DNA of 64,000 nucleotides from an uncultured virus (IMG/VR IMGVR_UViG_3300019458_000025) (IMGVR_UViG_3300019458_000025), one strand, 5' to 3'; counted from the first letter of the stretch, positions 28,539-37,212 are shown. The notes: generated from the letters alone by a model not told the origin. Numbers and translations are program-made.

Positions 28539-29303
28539 GTGCGCGGATTCACGACCAAGGTCGAGCGAGCGGACGGCCCCCTCGTCTCCTGCATCATGGC
28601 GACCGGCCGGAGGCAGGACTACCTGGCCCAGGCCATCCGGTACTTCCTCAGGCAAAGCTACGAGCCGCGGGAGCTTCTCGTGATCGACGACGATCCGGAC
28701 TCCGCGGAATCCATCATTCCGAAGGACCCCCGCGTCCGGTACTACCGGGTCGATCCCATGACGATCGGCCGGAAGCTCAATTTCGGGATCGAGCGCGCCC
28801 GCGGCCGGATCATCCAGAAGCTGGACGACGACGACTGGTACCACCGGTGGTTCCTCTCGACCATGGTCGCGACGATGTCGGCCAAGGGATGGGAAGGCTC
28901 GATGGCCTCGACGAGCACGTTCCTCGTCCTCATCCTGGAAACGGGCGAACTCAAGCACGGGGGCCACACGCTGTTCGTCGGGGGCTCGCTCGCCTTCGAC
29001 CGGAAGCTCTGGGAGAAGGCGCCGTTCGAGGATCTGAGCGACGGAGAGGACGACCGGTTCATCGCCGCGCACGTCGGCGCGCCGAGACGTTACCTCATCG
29101 ACCCGGAGCTTTACGTGGTCGTCCGGCGTGGAGAAGGCCACACCTGGACCATGGCCGGGGGCCGGAACATCGACGAGCACTTCAAGCGGCAGCCGCGGTA
29201 CACGAAGTCCCTGGAGGAGATCGTGGGCGCGGAGGATGCCGCCTTCTATCGAATGAAGATCGAAGCGCGGCAGCGCGCGATCGGAAAACTTGTGGAGCGT
29301 TGA
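28539..29303 (+). CDS. Family 2 glycosyltransferase
   Basis: PLVSCIMAT..ELLVIDD..LDDDDWY. Confidence 0.85.
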   Translation: MRGFTTKVERADGPLVSCIMATGRRQDYLAQAIRYFLRQSYEPRELLVIDDDPDSAESIIPKDPRVRYYRVDPMTIGRKLNFGIERARGRIIQKLDDDDWYHRWFLSTMVATMSAKGWEGSMASTSTFLVLILETGELKHGGHTLFVGGSLAFDRKLWEKAPFEDLSDGEDDRFIAAHVGAPRRYLIDPELYVVVRRGEGHTWTMAGGRNIDEHFKRQPRYTKSLEEIVGAEDAAFYRMKIEARQRAIGKLVER

Positions 29304-29386
29304 AGGTCGGGGTTACTTCTGGAACGAACCGGGAAACCGGGGCGGTTTCGACACCGCCGGTCCTCGACCGCCTATGGCCTCCACAA
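29290..29386 (+). ncRNA. Y RNA-like gene 5
   Basis: GCGTTGAAGG..GGTTACTTC / CCGCCTATGGCC. Confidence 0.7.
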
Positions 29387-29392
29387 CAATCT

Positions 29393-29466
29393 TGTGGGGT
29401 GTTGAAGGGTTCGGATACTTCTGACTGCCTATCAGACCCGTTCCGTGCCTGCCTATCGCCCCCACA
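29393..29466 (+). ncRNA. Y RNA-like gene 6 (anticodon stem-loop GCC)
   Basis: Conserved arms; TCTGA-CTGCCTA-TCAGA. Confidence 0.7.
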
Positions 29467-29473
29467 TCAATCT

Positions 29474-29608
29474 TGCGGGGAGTTGAAGATCCGGGTTACT
29501 TCCTTACCACTTCAAGGACGTGGTGTAGCGGCGCACGCCGGGCTAGAAACCCGGAGGAAGACGTTCGACTCGTCTCGACCGTGACCTGTGTCGCCTATCG
29601 CCCCCGCA
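29474..29608 (+). ncRNA. Y RNA-like gene 7 (D arm, anticodon arm AGA, T arm)
   Basis: Conserved arms; CCGGG-CTAGAAA-CCCGG; GTTCGACTC. Confidence 0.7.
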
Positions 29609-29615
29609 TCAATCT

Positions 29616-29750
29616 TGTGAGGTGTTGAAGGTCAGGGTTACTTCCTCTTGAAAAGGAGAGGACCGGTTCGACTCCGGAAGGCGCCCGCAAGGGGGCCTTT
29701 AGTGTAACGGCAGCACGCTATGTTGACCTTGGCCGCCTATTGCCCTCACA
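29616..29750 (+). ncRNA. Y RNA-like gene 8 (permuted tRNA, anticodon-like loop TGA)
   Basis: Order anticodon arm, T arm, GCAA-closed acceptor, D arm. Confidence 0.75.
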
Positions 29751-29756
29751 AAACAT

Positions 29757-29888
29757 TCGGGGTGTTGAAGGGCTCCGTTACTTCCCTTACAAGGACGTGG
29801 TCCGGGTTCGAATCCCGGCGTCGGCCGCAAGGTCGATGTGGTGTAATGGCAGCACACGAACATGACGGTGTCCGCCTATTGCCCCCGA
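29757..29888 (+). ncRNA. Y RNA-like gene 9 (permuted tRNA, anticodon-like loop TAC)
   Basis: Same order as gene 8. Confidence 0.75.
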
Positions 29889-29904
29889 TTAATCTCTCGA
29901 CCTT

Positions 29905-29978
29905 GGGGGTGTAGCTCAACGGGAGAGCGCCGCGTTCGCAACGCGGAGATGGGGGTTCGATTCCCCTCACTTCCACCA
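29905..29978 (+). tRNA. tRNA-Ala(CGC)
   Basis: Cloverleaf, G3:U70. Confidence 0.9.
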
Positions 29979-30116
29979 GATCTTGGACCGGTGATTGCCG
30001 GGAGCGGCGTAGCTCATGATGCCCCGGCTGACGACTCGCGTGTCGCAGCGCGGAGAGGCCAGGGGGCTGGAGTAGAAGCGCCCGGTTGACCGTGAGCAGC
30101 CGGTCCTTCAGAATTC

Positions 30117-30192
30117 GGGCGGGCATGTACCAAGGAGGCGACTGACCCTTGCAAGGTCGGTGCGGAGGGTTCGATTCCCTTCCCGTCCACCA
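30117..30192 (+). tRNA. tRNA-Ala(TGC)
   Basis: Cloverleaf, G3:U70. Confidence 0.8.
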
Positions 30193-30207
30193 ATCTGGAG
30201 AGGAGAG

Positions 30208-30510
30208 ATGAAACGGCTGGGCCGCTGCGCACTCTGCGAGCGCGACGAATGCCGCCTCTACCGGCATCACCTGGTTCCGCAGTCGCGGAAGCACCACGAG
30301 GAAGAGGACTACGGCACGCTCGCGAAGCTCTGCCGGGATTGCCACCGGAAGATCCACGCGACCTGGGACAACAAGACGCTCGCGCGCGCGTACGAGACCG
30401 TGGGCAAGATTCGATCCGCTCCGGAGATCCAGTCCTACCTGAAGTGGATCAAGAAGCAATCGTCGTCGCGGTACTTTGGCAGCAGCGACGCCAACGGGCG
30501 AGACGACTGA
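30208..30510 (+). CDS. Small HNH-family protein
   Basis: CALC..HHLVP..LCRDCHRKIH. Confidence 0.8.
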   Translation: MKRLGRCALCERDECRLYRHHLVPQSRKHHEEEDYGTLAKLCRDCHRKIHATWDNKTLARAYETVGKIRSAPEIQSYLKWIKKQSSSRYFGSSDANGRDD

Positions 30511-30525
30511 CCTTGGAACATTCCC

Positions 30526-30615
30526 GTGTCCCGTTCCGCACGGCGGTCTGTAAAACCGTTGGCAGTAAACAAGTGCGGTGGATGCCGAGAGGTTCGATTC
30601 CTCCGGGGCACACCA
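30526..30615 (+). tRNA. tRNA-Tyr(GTA) lacking a normal D arm, long variable arm
   Basis: CT-GTA-AA loop, GGTTCGATTCC, ACCA. Confidence 0.7.
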
Positions 30616-30616
30616 A

Positions 30617-30691
30617 TGGGGCGTCGTCTAACCGCTAGGACGGCGGTCTTTGAAGCCGCTTGTGAAGGTTGGAATCCTTCCGCCCCAGCCA
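30617..30691 (+). tRNA. tRNA-Gln(TTG)
   Basis: Cloverleaf. Confidence 0.85.
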
Positions 30692-30699
30692 GAATTCAT

Positions 30700-30774
30700 G
30701 CGACCGTGGCCGAGAAGCTAGGTGCCACCTTGCCAGGGTGGATGACGCGGATGCGAGTTCCGCCGGTCGCTCCA
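30700..30774 (+). tRNA. tRNA-Gly(GCC)
   Basis: Cloverleaf. Confidence 0.8.
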
Positions 30775-30775
30775 A

Positions 30776-30849
30776 CGGCGCGTAGTTCAAAAGCAGAACA
30801 GGCGGCCGATAACCGCCAGACGGAGGAGCGTTACCTCCCGCGCCGACCA
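30776..30849 (+). tRNA. tRNA-Ile(GAT), C33, atypical T loop
   Basis: GGCGG-CCGATAA-CCGCC. Confidence 0.75.
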
Positions 30850-30901
30850 AGCTTGACGGATAGCATCCCCAGCGTCCGGGCGCTGCAACGGCGCCCTTCA
30901 T

Positions 30902-30978
30902 GGTGACCGAAGGCAAAGAGTCGAGCCCTCCGGCCGTGACCCGGAGCTTAGCCGGTGCGAGTCCGGTCGGTCACCCCA
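30902..30978 (+). tRNA. tRNA-His(GTG)
   Basis: G-1:C73, cloverleaf. Confidence 0.8.
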
Positions 30979-30989
30979 AGAGTTCGTTT

Positions 30990-31065
30990 CGGGGCATAGG
31001 GTAATGGTTAACCCGCCACTTTGGGGTAGTGGAGTATCCCGGTTCGAGTCCGGGTGCCCCGACCA
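30990..31065 (+). tRNA. tRNA-Pro(GGG)
   Basis: Cloverleaf. Confidence 0.88.
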
Positions 31066-31066
31066 T

Positions 31067-31140
31067 GGGCGCGTAGTTCAACAGCAGAATCCATCCGTGA
31101 CATGGATGAGACGCTGGTGCGACTCCAGCCGCGCCCACCA
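31067..31140 (+). tRNA. tRNA-Val(GAC)
   Basis: Cloverleaf. Confidence 0.8.
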
Positions 31141-31245
31141 ATCTTGTGGTAGACTAAAAGTACCCTCTCCCTGGAGGCGGGGCTTGGACCGGGAGGTCCG
31201 AGAGGTGTGCGCCTCAGGGGGCATCGGTTCGAGCCCCGCCAGCCT

Positions 31246-31605
31246 TTAAGAGTTCCGCAATCGTAGGTTTCCCGCCGCCTCGAATGGGAAGATGTTCGGG
31301 ATCGTGATCCATTTCCGGTCGGCGCCCGAAGCCCAGGTACCGCCGCAGTGCTGGATGCGCTGGTAGACCGCGTACTGGATCATGAGTTGATCGACCGGAT
31401 CGGCGCGGAGCGCGATCCCGGCCTTGTCGAGCGCCCAGGCCGTGAACGACCTCGGAGTGAAGCCGAGCGGGATCTTGTCGCCGTACATCTCGCGGAACTT
31501 CTTGGCGACTGCGTCCCGCGCGCGAAGGAGGGTCTCCAGGTCGATGGGGAGCCAGTGGAGGTCGTCGTCCCAGCGGCCGTTGTTGTGCTTCCAGCGAACC
31601 CACAT
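31246..31605 (-). CDS. Hypothetical protein
   Basis: GAGG RBS. Confidence 0.65.
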   Translation of the reverse strand: MWVRWKHNNGRWDDDLHWLPIDLETLLRARDAVAKKFREMYGDKIPLGFTPRSFTAWALDKAGIALRADPVDQLMIQYAVYQRIQHCGGTWASGADRKWITIPNIFPFEAAGNLRLRNS

Positions 31606-31742
31606 GACCTCAACAGCGCAAGTTCCGTGCCACCCGGTTCGGTCCTCGAAAGCTTAAAATCCGAGAGGGTACGGGCGTTGCCGGTCACGCCTTAACGCTA
31701 CCGTTAACGCCCGCTATCGCTATCGTGTATGATGCGGGGCCT

Positions 31743-31934
31743 ATGTCGAAGAAGGATGAACTCCTCCGGAAGATCGAGGAACTCCAGCGCCAGGAAAAGG
31801 AAGCCAGGCGCCAGAAGCCGGAACAGGAATACAAGCCCCGCAGGATGCGAGCCGATCGGATGCCGCTGGGCTGTTGGCTCTGGGTGCTTGCGGCGACCGG
31901 CGCCGTCATCTACGGGATCGCCAAGCTTGTCTAG
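31743..31934 (+). CDS. Small protein with C-terminal TM helix
   Basis: MSKKDELL..WLWVLAATGAVIYGIAKLV. Confidence 0.6.
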   Translation: MSKKDELLRKIEELQRQEKEARRQKPEQEYKPRRMRADRMPLGCWLWVLAATGAVIYGIAKLV

Positions 31935-32008
31935 GCCGGGGTCGTCCAACGGCAGGACACCTGCATGGTAGGCAGGAAATACGGGTTCGACTCCCGTTCC
32001 CGGCTCCA
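31935..32008 (+). tRNA. tRNA-Thr(GGT)
   Basis: Cloverleaf. Confidence 0.85.
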
Positions 32009-32210
32009 GTCGTGTCCGATCTGCGGGGAACTGGGCATCCCTTGCGGCTGAGGGGATGACGAGGCCGAGGAGGACTTCGACGATGAGCTAAGAAAAAGCC
32101 CGGCCACAAGGCCGGGCCAGGGGCGGGTCTAGTGATCCAAGTATAGCATGTCATTGGAAACGGGCGCTTTGCTAGACGGATACGGTACCAAGGGGGAAAG
32201 AGTTATTAAT

Positions 32211-32285
32211 GCCGCGCAAGCGTAGATAGCGACGTTCCCGCCTTGTAAGCAGGAGAGCGGAGTGCAAGTCTCCGGCGCGGCTCCA
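32211..32285 (+). tRNA. tRNA-Thr(TGT)
   Basis: Cloverleaf. Confidence 0.78.
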
Positions 32286-32353
32286 CAAAAATCAAGCCCG
32301 GATAAAGTCAGGGCTTGTTGAGGGATCGGGGTCACGGAAAAGGAGAAGATTTC

Positions 32354-32428
32354 GTCAGCGTAGTTCAGCTAGAAGAACGCCCGTCTCATAAGCGGGAGAT
32401 GCCGGGGCAGATCCGGCCGCTGACACCA
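32354..32428 (+). tRNA. tRNA CAT (Met or Ile2)
   Basis: CT-CAT-AA loop, atypical T loop. Confidence 0.75.
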
Positions 32429-32429
32429 C

Positions 32430-32521
32430 GGAGAGTGAAGTGGATGGGAGTCCGCCGCCCGCTCGAAACGGGATGGTGCTCCGATGAGGGGCATGGGGAT
32501 CAAGACCTCCGCTCTCCGCCA
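32430..32521 (+). tRNA. tRNA-Ser(CGA)
   Basis: Long V arm, GCCA. Confidence 0.78.
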
Positions 32522-32544
32522 AGCTTCATCGCCCGCACGATTAT

Positions 32545-32635
32545 GGAGACGAAGCCAGAAGGCGTGGCACCCTGCCCTGAAAGCAGCGGACCCGGGCAAC
32601 CGGGGCGGCGGGTTCGAGTCCCCCCGTCTCCTCCA
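32545..32635 (+). tRNA. tRNA-Ser(TGA)
   Basis: Long V arm; C33. Confidence 0.72.
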
Positions 32636-32698
32636 GATCTTGACCGAATCCTTCCGGCATGGGATACTATTTGGCAGTCCCGTGGGGGAGGGTGATTC

Positions 32699-32989
32699 AT
32701 GTACCTCAAGATGGCCGGGATGGGCGCGTTGGGACGGCCGAATGCCCTGAACGGCATCAAGCTCGGCCAGGCCGACCAGTCGAACGGAACCGCGAAGACG
32801 GTACGTACCGTCTGGGCAGTGCTCGGAACCGCGAGCATGGCGCTCTCGGCCTACCACGGGTACAAGCGGAACCTCTCGGTCGGCTGGGCGATCTGGTGGG
32901 CGTTCATGGGAGCGCTCTTCCCGGTGCTCACGCCCGCGATCGCGATCGCCCAGGGGTTCGGGAAGCGCGCGCTGCCCGAACACCGGTAG
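32699..32989 (+). CDS. Small membrane protein
   Basis: GGAGGG RBS; MYLKMAGMG.., two TM helices. Confidence 0.75.
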   Translation: MYLKMAGMGALGRPNALNGIKLGQADQSNGTAKTVRTVWAVLGTASMALSAYHGYKRNLSVGWAIWWAFMGALFPVLTPAIAIAQGFGKRALPEHR

Positions 32990-33052
32990 CTCGCCGTTCC
33001 CTGCCGCGTACGTTTGTTAACCGGACCAACGTCTGTTAACATATGTATCTCC

Positions 33053-33709
33053 ATGCGCATCGTCTGTATCAGCGATACCCATCTCGTCCACCGGAAGAAC
33101 AGCATTCCGATTCCGGACGGAGATCTCCTCATCCACGCCGGAGACGCGACCTTGCGCGGGACCATGGGCGAGATTGCGGAATTCAGCGCGTGGTTTCGAA
33201 CCTTTCCACATCGTCACAAGGTCTTCATCGCCGGGAACCACGACTGGCTCTTCGAGAAAAATCCGATGCTCGCCCAAAGCCTTCTCGACCGCTCGATCAC
33301 GTACCTGGAGGACAGCGTGACCGAGGTCGAAGGGTTGCGGATTTACGGGAGCCCGTGGTCGCCGCGGTTCCTGGTATGGGCGTTCAACCTCGATCGCGGG
33401 GAACCCATCCGCAGGAAATGGAACCTGATTCCGGAAGGAATCGACATCCTCGTGACCCACGGTCCGGCAATAGGAGACCTTGGGGGCGTGATTCCTCAGT
33501 GGCGTTCCTGGGAGGACGCGATCCCGATGGATGTCGGCTGCGCCGATCTCCGGAATGCGCTCCTTCGGGTGCGTCCGAAGCTACATGTCTGCGGCCACGT
33601 CCATGAAGGCTATGGGGCCTACCAGTTGAGTCCCACGAAGATCGTCAACGCCTCGATCGTCGATGGCTCGTTCAACCCGGTCCACAAGGCCGTGGTCATT
33701 GACTTGTAA
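33053..33709 (+). CDS. Calcineurin-like metallophosphoesterase
   Basis: SDTH, HAGD, AGNHD, THGP, GHVHE. Confidence 0.9.
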   Translation: MRIVCISDTHLVHRKNSIPIPDGDLLIHAGDATLRGTMGEIAEFSAWFRTFPHRHKVFIAGNHDWLFEKNPMLAQSLLDRSITYLEDSVTEVEGLRIYGSPWSPRFLVWAFNLDRGEPIRRKWNLIPEGIDILVTHGPAIGDLGGVIPQWRSWEDAIPMDVGCADLRNALLRVRPKLHVCGHVHEGYGAYQLSPTKIVNASIVDGSFNPVHKAVVIDL

Positions 33710-33712
33710 GCT

Positions 33713-33790
33713 TGGCGGTGTTGAAGGATGGGGTTACTTCTATTCCCTCATTCGAGAGAACGAGAGTCCTCGTCCGACTATTGCCCGCCA
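33713..33790 (+). ncRNA. Y RNA-like gene 10
   Basis: GTGTTGAAGG..GGTTACTTC / CCGACTATTGCC. Confidence 0.7.
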
Positions 33791-33804
33791 TCAAGATCAG
33801 ACAC

Positions 33805-33892
33805 GGAGGCGTTGGGCATGCGGCAGGCCCCCCTCGTTGGAAGCGAGGCGCCCTAACACGGCGGGCAGGTTCGACTCCTGTCGCCTCCGCCA
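33805..33892 (+). tRNA. tRNA-Ser(GGA)
   Basis: Long V arm, GCCA. Confidence 0.82.
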
Positions 33893-33960
33893 GAATTGGT
33901 ACTCCTAAAGTCACGTTGATATAGAAAAGGTATTATCACCGTGACACTTGAGGTACTTCT

Positions 33961-34479
33961 ATGCGGGCTGAACGCGCAAGCAGCTTCTACATCAATAACG
34001 ACGGAATCGCCTCGGTCGAGTACGAAGGGCAGACCCATGTGCTCGGACGGGTCGGAATAGACGCCATCGAGCCGGATTTGCTTCACGGAGAGCGCGTCCT
34101 GGCCGCACGATGGCACGAAACAAGCGACTTCTTGAGAACCCATCATCTTCGCCATAAAGTCCATCTTGTCGCTGAACGCGAGCCAATCTACCAATATGGT
34201 TTCCTGTGGCTTTCCTTCAGCTTCGATCGGGGCCGGGCCAGAAAGAGATGGGGGCGCGGGCTTGACCTGAAATCGCTTGACCAAGCCAGCGAAACATTGG
34301 CGGATGCGATTCCGGCGAAAACATACCCGGACTACCACGGGCGCATCGAAAAAGAAGGGACTCGCTGGGTCTTCCATATCGAGATCGTGGATGAAGACCC
34401 AGCCGAAAAGTTTTTCAAGGTGTTTTTTCGGGCTCTCGACAAGAAGCCCGTCCTTCGGGAATACCTGATGCCTGCCTGA
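33961..34479 (+). CDS. KRW-family hypothetical protein, paralog of 54150..54668
   Basis: Shared VLGRVGID.IEPDLL and YGFLWLSFSFDRGRARKRW. Confidence 0.8.
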   Translation: MRAERASSFYINNDGIASVEYEGQTHVLGRVGIDAIEPDLLHGERVLAARWHETSDFLRTHHLRHKVHLVAEREPIYQYGFLWLSFSFDRGRARKRWGRGLDLKSLDQASETLADAIPAKTYPDYHGRIEKEGTRWVFHIEIVDEDPAEKFFKVFFRALDKKPVLREYLMPA

Positions 34480-34497
34480 GAAATGTTTCAGAATCTC

Positions 34498-34583
34498 GGA
34501 GAGGTAGACCAACTGGTAAGTCAGCACGTTGCTAACGTGCCGCCTGAAAGGGCTTGCAGGTTCGAATCCTGTCCTCTCCGCCA
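34498..34583 (+). tRNA. tRNA-Ser(GCT)
   Basis: Cloverleaf. Confidence 0.88.
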
Positions 34584-34858
34584 AGCTTGTCATGCAAGGA
34601 TTCCTCGCGCTCCAAAAGGAATCCTTTCGGGGTCAACCTGGGTTGACCTCGGTCAACTCAGGTTGAAGGCGTACGGGAAACCTATACAGCCCGTACCGGA
34701 AACCCGAACGCCATCACCGATCGCATCGCCAGCATTAACCGAGATCATCGGCAATTGCCATTCTGACGGCCGCCAAATGGCGGAAACCCCTACAGAACCT
34801 TCCAAATTTTAACGGAAATGGGGTGTCCGTGTGGCACACGGTTTGCATACGACAAGCC

Positions 34859-35473
34859 ATGCGCCTCGAACTCCGGATGTTCGATCCGAACGATCCGTCG
34901 CATCTCAACCACGTCCATGTGGAAGCCCACGAGGTCATCCGGACCGATCGGGGACCCCTCGAACTCGGGCGGTTCCTGGGCCACGGGAGCGGCGGGAAGG
35001 TCTTCGAGATCGAGGACAACCGCGCGGCCAAGGTCGTCCGGCGCTACCGCTTGGAGGTCCGGATCGCCCGGATGATCCAGGAGGAGCCTTGCGAGAACGT
35101 GATCCCGATCCTGGAGGTCCGGAAGGCCGCAGACTACGCCGTCATCGTCATGCCGAAGGGCGAGTCGCTGACGAACGCGGAGTACGAGTCGCTCGATCTC
35201 GACCGGCTTTACGCGCCGATTGATGCCTACCTCGCCATCCGGCGCCTGCTCTACAAGGACGGCCGCGTGCCCCGAAATCTGATCAAACTTGACGGCCGCG
35301 TGGCCGTCATCGACTTCTCGCACGCGCGCTACATCCGGCGACCGCGGCGGCGGCTCAGGGAGTTCATCCCGATCACTAGGTTCATGACATCCACAGGCCC
35401 CGCGAGGCATCGCACAAGCGATGCTCTTGGCTCCGACGATACCCGGGATGGGCACGGGACAATAGGAGCTTAA
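34859..35473 (+). CDS. Degenerate protein-kinase-like protein
   Basis: LGHGSGGKVF, AAK, YKD....N, IDF. Confidence 0.6.
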   Translation: MRLELRMFDPNDPSHLNHVHVEAHEVIRTDRGPLELGRFLGHGSGGKVFEIEDNRAAKVVRRYRLEVRIARMIQEEPCENVIPILEVRKAADYAVIVMPKGESLTNAEYESLDLDRLYAPIDAYLAIRRLLYKDGRVPRNLIKLDGRVAVIDFSHARYIRRPRRRLREFIPITRFMTSTGPARHRTSDALGSDDTRDGHGTIGA

Positions 35474-35522
35474 AGAACGGTACGCCTGCCGTACCGGGTG
35501 GAACTCCCGGCGCGGGGAGCCA
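35397..35522 (+). ncRNA. tRNA-like RNA (8/5-type) with expanded anticodon arm
   Basis: Acceptor, 7-bp D stem, V arm, T arm, GCCA end. Confidence 0.5.
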
Positions 35523-35573
35523 ATATCGGTCACAGAGGTCGCGGATCGAGCGCTTTCTCCATGGAGGTGATCC

Positions 35574-35762
35574 ATGGACGCGGCGTTCCATCAAGCGCTC
35601 AAGGAGTACGGAAGAATCATCAAGGCAAGCGGTTGGCGAGCGGGAGAGCCGTTCATCGAAAAGAACGAGCGCAAGTTCAAGGACTTCAGGAAGTGGGCGC
35701 GCGCGCTCGCCGTCATCCTTCGCACGATCGAACTCCTCAAGGCCGGGTACCCAAGAAGCTAA
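35574..35762 (+). CDS. Hypothetical protein
   Basis: GGAGGTG RBS. Confidence 0.65.
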   Translation: MDAAFHQALKEYGRIIKASGWRAGEPFIEKNERKFKDFRKWARALAVILRTIELLKAGYPRS

Positions 35763-35816
35763 GGGGGCTGTCTGCAAAACAGCTATGCGTGGGTGCGAGT
35801 CCCACCCCGGCCTCCA
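35741..35816 (+). tRNA. tRNA-Cys(GCA)
   Basis: Cloverleaf, U73. Confidence 0.85.
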
Positions 35817-35858
35817 AAATTCTGGTGCGATCCCGATCGCTCCGGTAGGATGCGGTTG

Positions 35859-36146
35859 ATGGCCGACAAGACCGAGCGCGTGGCCAATCCGGAACAGGGT
35901 TACTCCTTCGGACTCGACCTCCCGTTCATGTACCGCCAGGAAGACCCGGACCGATGGGTCGTCTACGGGCGGAAGGACGGCGAAGTCGTAGCCAGCTTCG
36001 ACGGAAGCGAGGCGTTTCCGGAGGCCCTCCGGCACAACCTCTTCGCCCACCAACGGGCCTTCTGGGCACGGGAGCTTGCGTACCAGGACTGCTTCAAGCG
36101 GAACAAGGCCGGGGTCGATCTCGCGGCGATCGACTCGACGCCCTAG
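35859..36146 (+). CDS. Hypothetical protein
   Basis: Clean ORF between tRNAs. Confidence 0.65.
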   Translation: MADKTERVANPEQGYSFGLDLPFMYRQEDPDRWVVYGRKDGEVVASFDGSEAFPEALRHNLFAHQRAFWARELAYQDCFKRNKAGVDLAAIDSTP

Positions 36147-36327
36147 CGCGCCGGAAATAAAAATGGCGGGATCAAAGCTCCCGCCGGGCTTCTTATCAGA
36201 AGGCGCTCTGCCCGCGCTTCTCTATGCGCGTTCAGCGCTACCGCAATCAAGTACGGCCGCGCCGACAGAGGACCCGGCGCGGGCAGAGCACGCAGGATCG
36301 TATCAGCGCGAGAAGATTCTACCAGAT

Positions 36328-36401
36328 GCCGGTGTGGTTCAATAGGAGAACACCTCTTTCGTAAAGAGGAGACGCCGGAGCGTTACCGGCCACCGGCCCC
36401 A
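36328..36401 (+). tRNA. tRNA-Thr(CGT)
   Basis: Cloverleaf, atypical T loop. Confidence 0.78.
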
Positions 36402-36402
36402 T

Positions 36403-36477
36403 AGCAGTGTCAGCTAACTGGTAAGCTGCTCCGTTGTTACCGGAGTCATGGAGGTCCGAATCCTCCCGCTGCTGCCA
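36403..36477 (+). tRNA. tRNA-Asn(GTT)
   Basis: Cloverleaf. Confidence 0.8.
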
Positions 36478-36485
36478 ACATTCAT

Positions 36486-36564
36486 TCCGGGGATGCCTCT
36501 GCTGGTTCGAGGCAGCGGTTTGTTAAACCGTCAGTCGCAGGTTCAATTCCTGCCCCCGGAGCCA
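36486..36564 (+). tRNA. tRNA-Asn(GTT)
   Basis: Cloverleaf. Confidence 0.82.
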
Positions 36565-36569
36565 AACTT

Positions 36570-36643
36570 GCCCCCGTGGTGTAACAGATGCATCGCGAGT
36601 TTCTACCTCGCGGGTCTCGGTGCGACTCCGAGCGGGGGTTCCA
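36570..36643 (+). tRNA. tRNA-Arg(TCT)
   Basis: Cloverleaf. Confidence 0.8.
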
Positions 36644-36645
36644 CA

Positions 36646-37077
36646 TTATGTGACCGTAGTGACGAGTTTTGCGAGGTCGCCGGTGTAGACCGAATCCTTG
36701 TAGTATTCAAGCCGACCGGAGATGATGTCATTGATGAACTCGTCATCCCTTAGGTTGACGACGTCCACCTCGACACCATAATCGCGAGCATCCGCGACGA
36801 CGCCTTCCTCGTACGCCTTGGCCTTGACCGGATTGTCGGACAAAATGATGACCGCGAGCGAGATCTGCTCGCATCCCATTTCCGTGAACTCCTGCCGGTA
36901 GGCAAGGATGTCGTCCCATTGTCCGAGTCGCTCGAAAAGCGCGTCCTGGTCGCCGCGTCTGGTGGCGCTAGGAACGCACGGATTGACGCACACGAACTCG
37001 ATTTCTCGATAAAGACGACGCTTTCCCCATCGCTTCCGCGCTTCGACGGCGGGACCCCATCGGACGACAAGCGCCAC
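36646..37077 (-). CDS. KRW-motif hypothetical protein
   Basis: VALVVRWGPAVEARKRWGKRR; start uncertain. Confidence 0.7.
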   Translation of the reverse strand: MALVVRWGPAVEARKRWGKRRLYREIEFVCVNPCVPSATRRGDQDALFERLGQWDDILAYRQEFTEMGCEQISLAVIILSDNPVKAKAYEEGVVADARDYGVEVDVVNLRDDEFINDIISGRLEYYKDSVYTGDLAKLVTTVT

Positions 37078-37135
37078 GAATCGAGGATAGCAAATGGCGC
37101 GCTCACGAGAAAGATTTGGCTCAGCACACATACGT

Positions 37136-37211
37136 GCCCCTATCGTCTAGAGGCCCAGGACGCGACCCTCTCAAGGTCGAGACACCGGTTCGAATCCGGT
37201 TAGGGGCGCCA
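37136..37211 (+). tRNA. tRNA-Glu(CTC)
   Basis: Canonical cloverleaf. Confidence 0.92.
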
Positions 37212-37212
37212 T

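Noticed and set aside
29290..29888. CRISPR array (repeat plus variable spacer appearance)
   Set aside because: Repeats are degenerate bipartite arms that pair around structured inserts of very unequal length; no cas genes; the Y RNA interpretation fits better.
29998..30090. Hammerhead ribozyme (CTGACGA core)
   Set aside because: No GAAA after stem II and no stem III/cleavage triplet arrangement.
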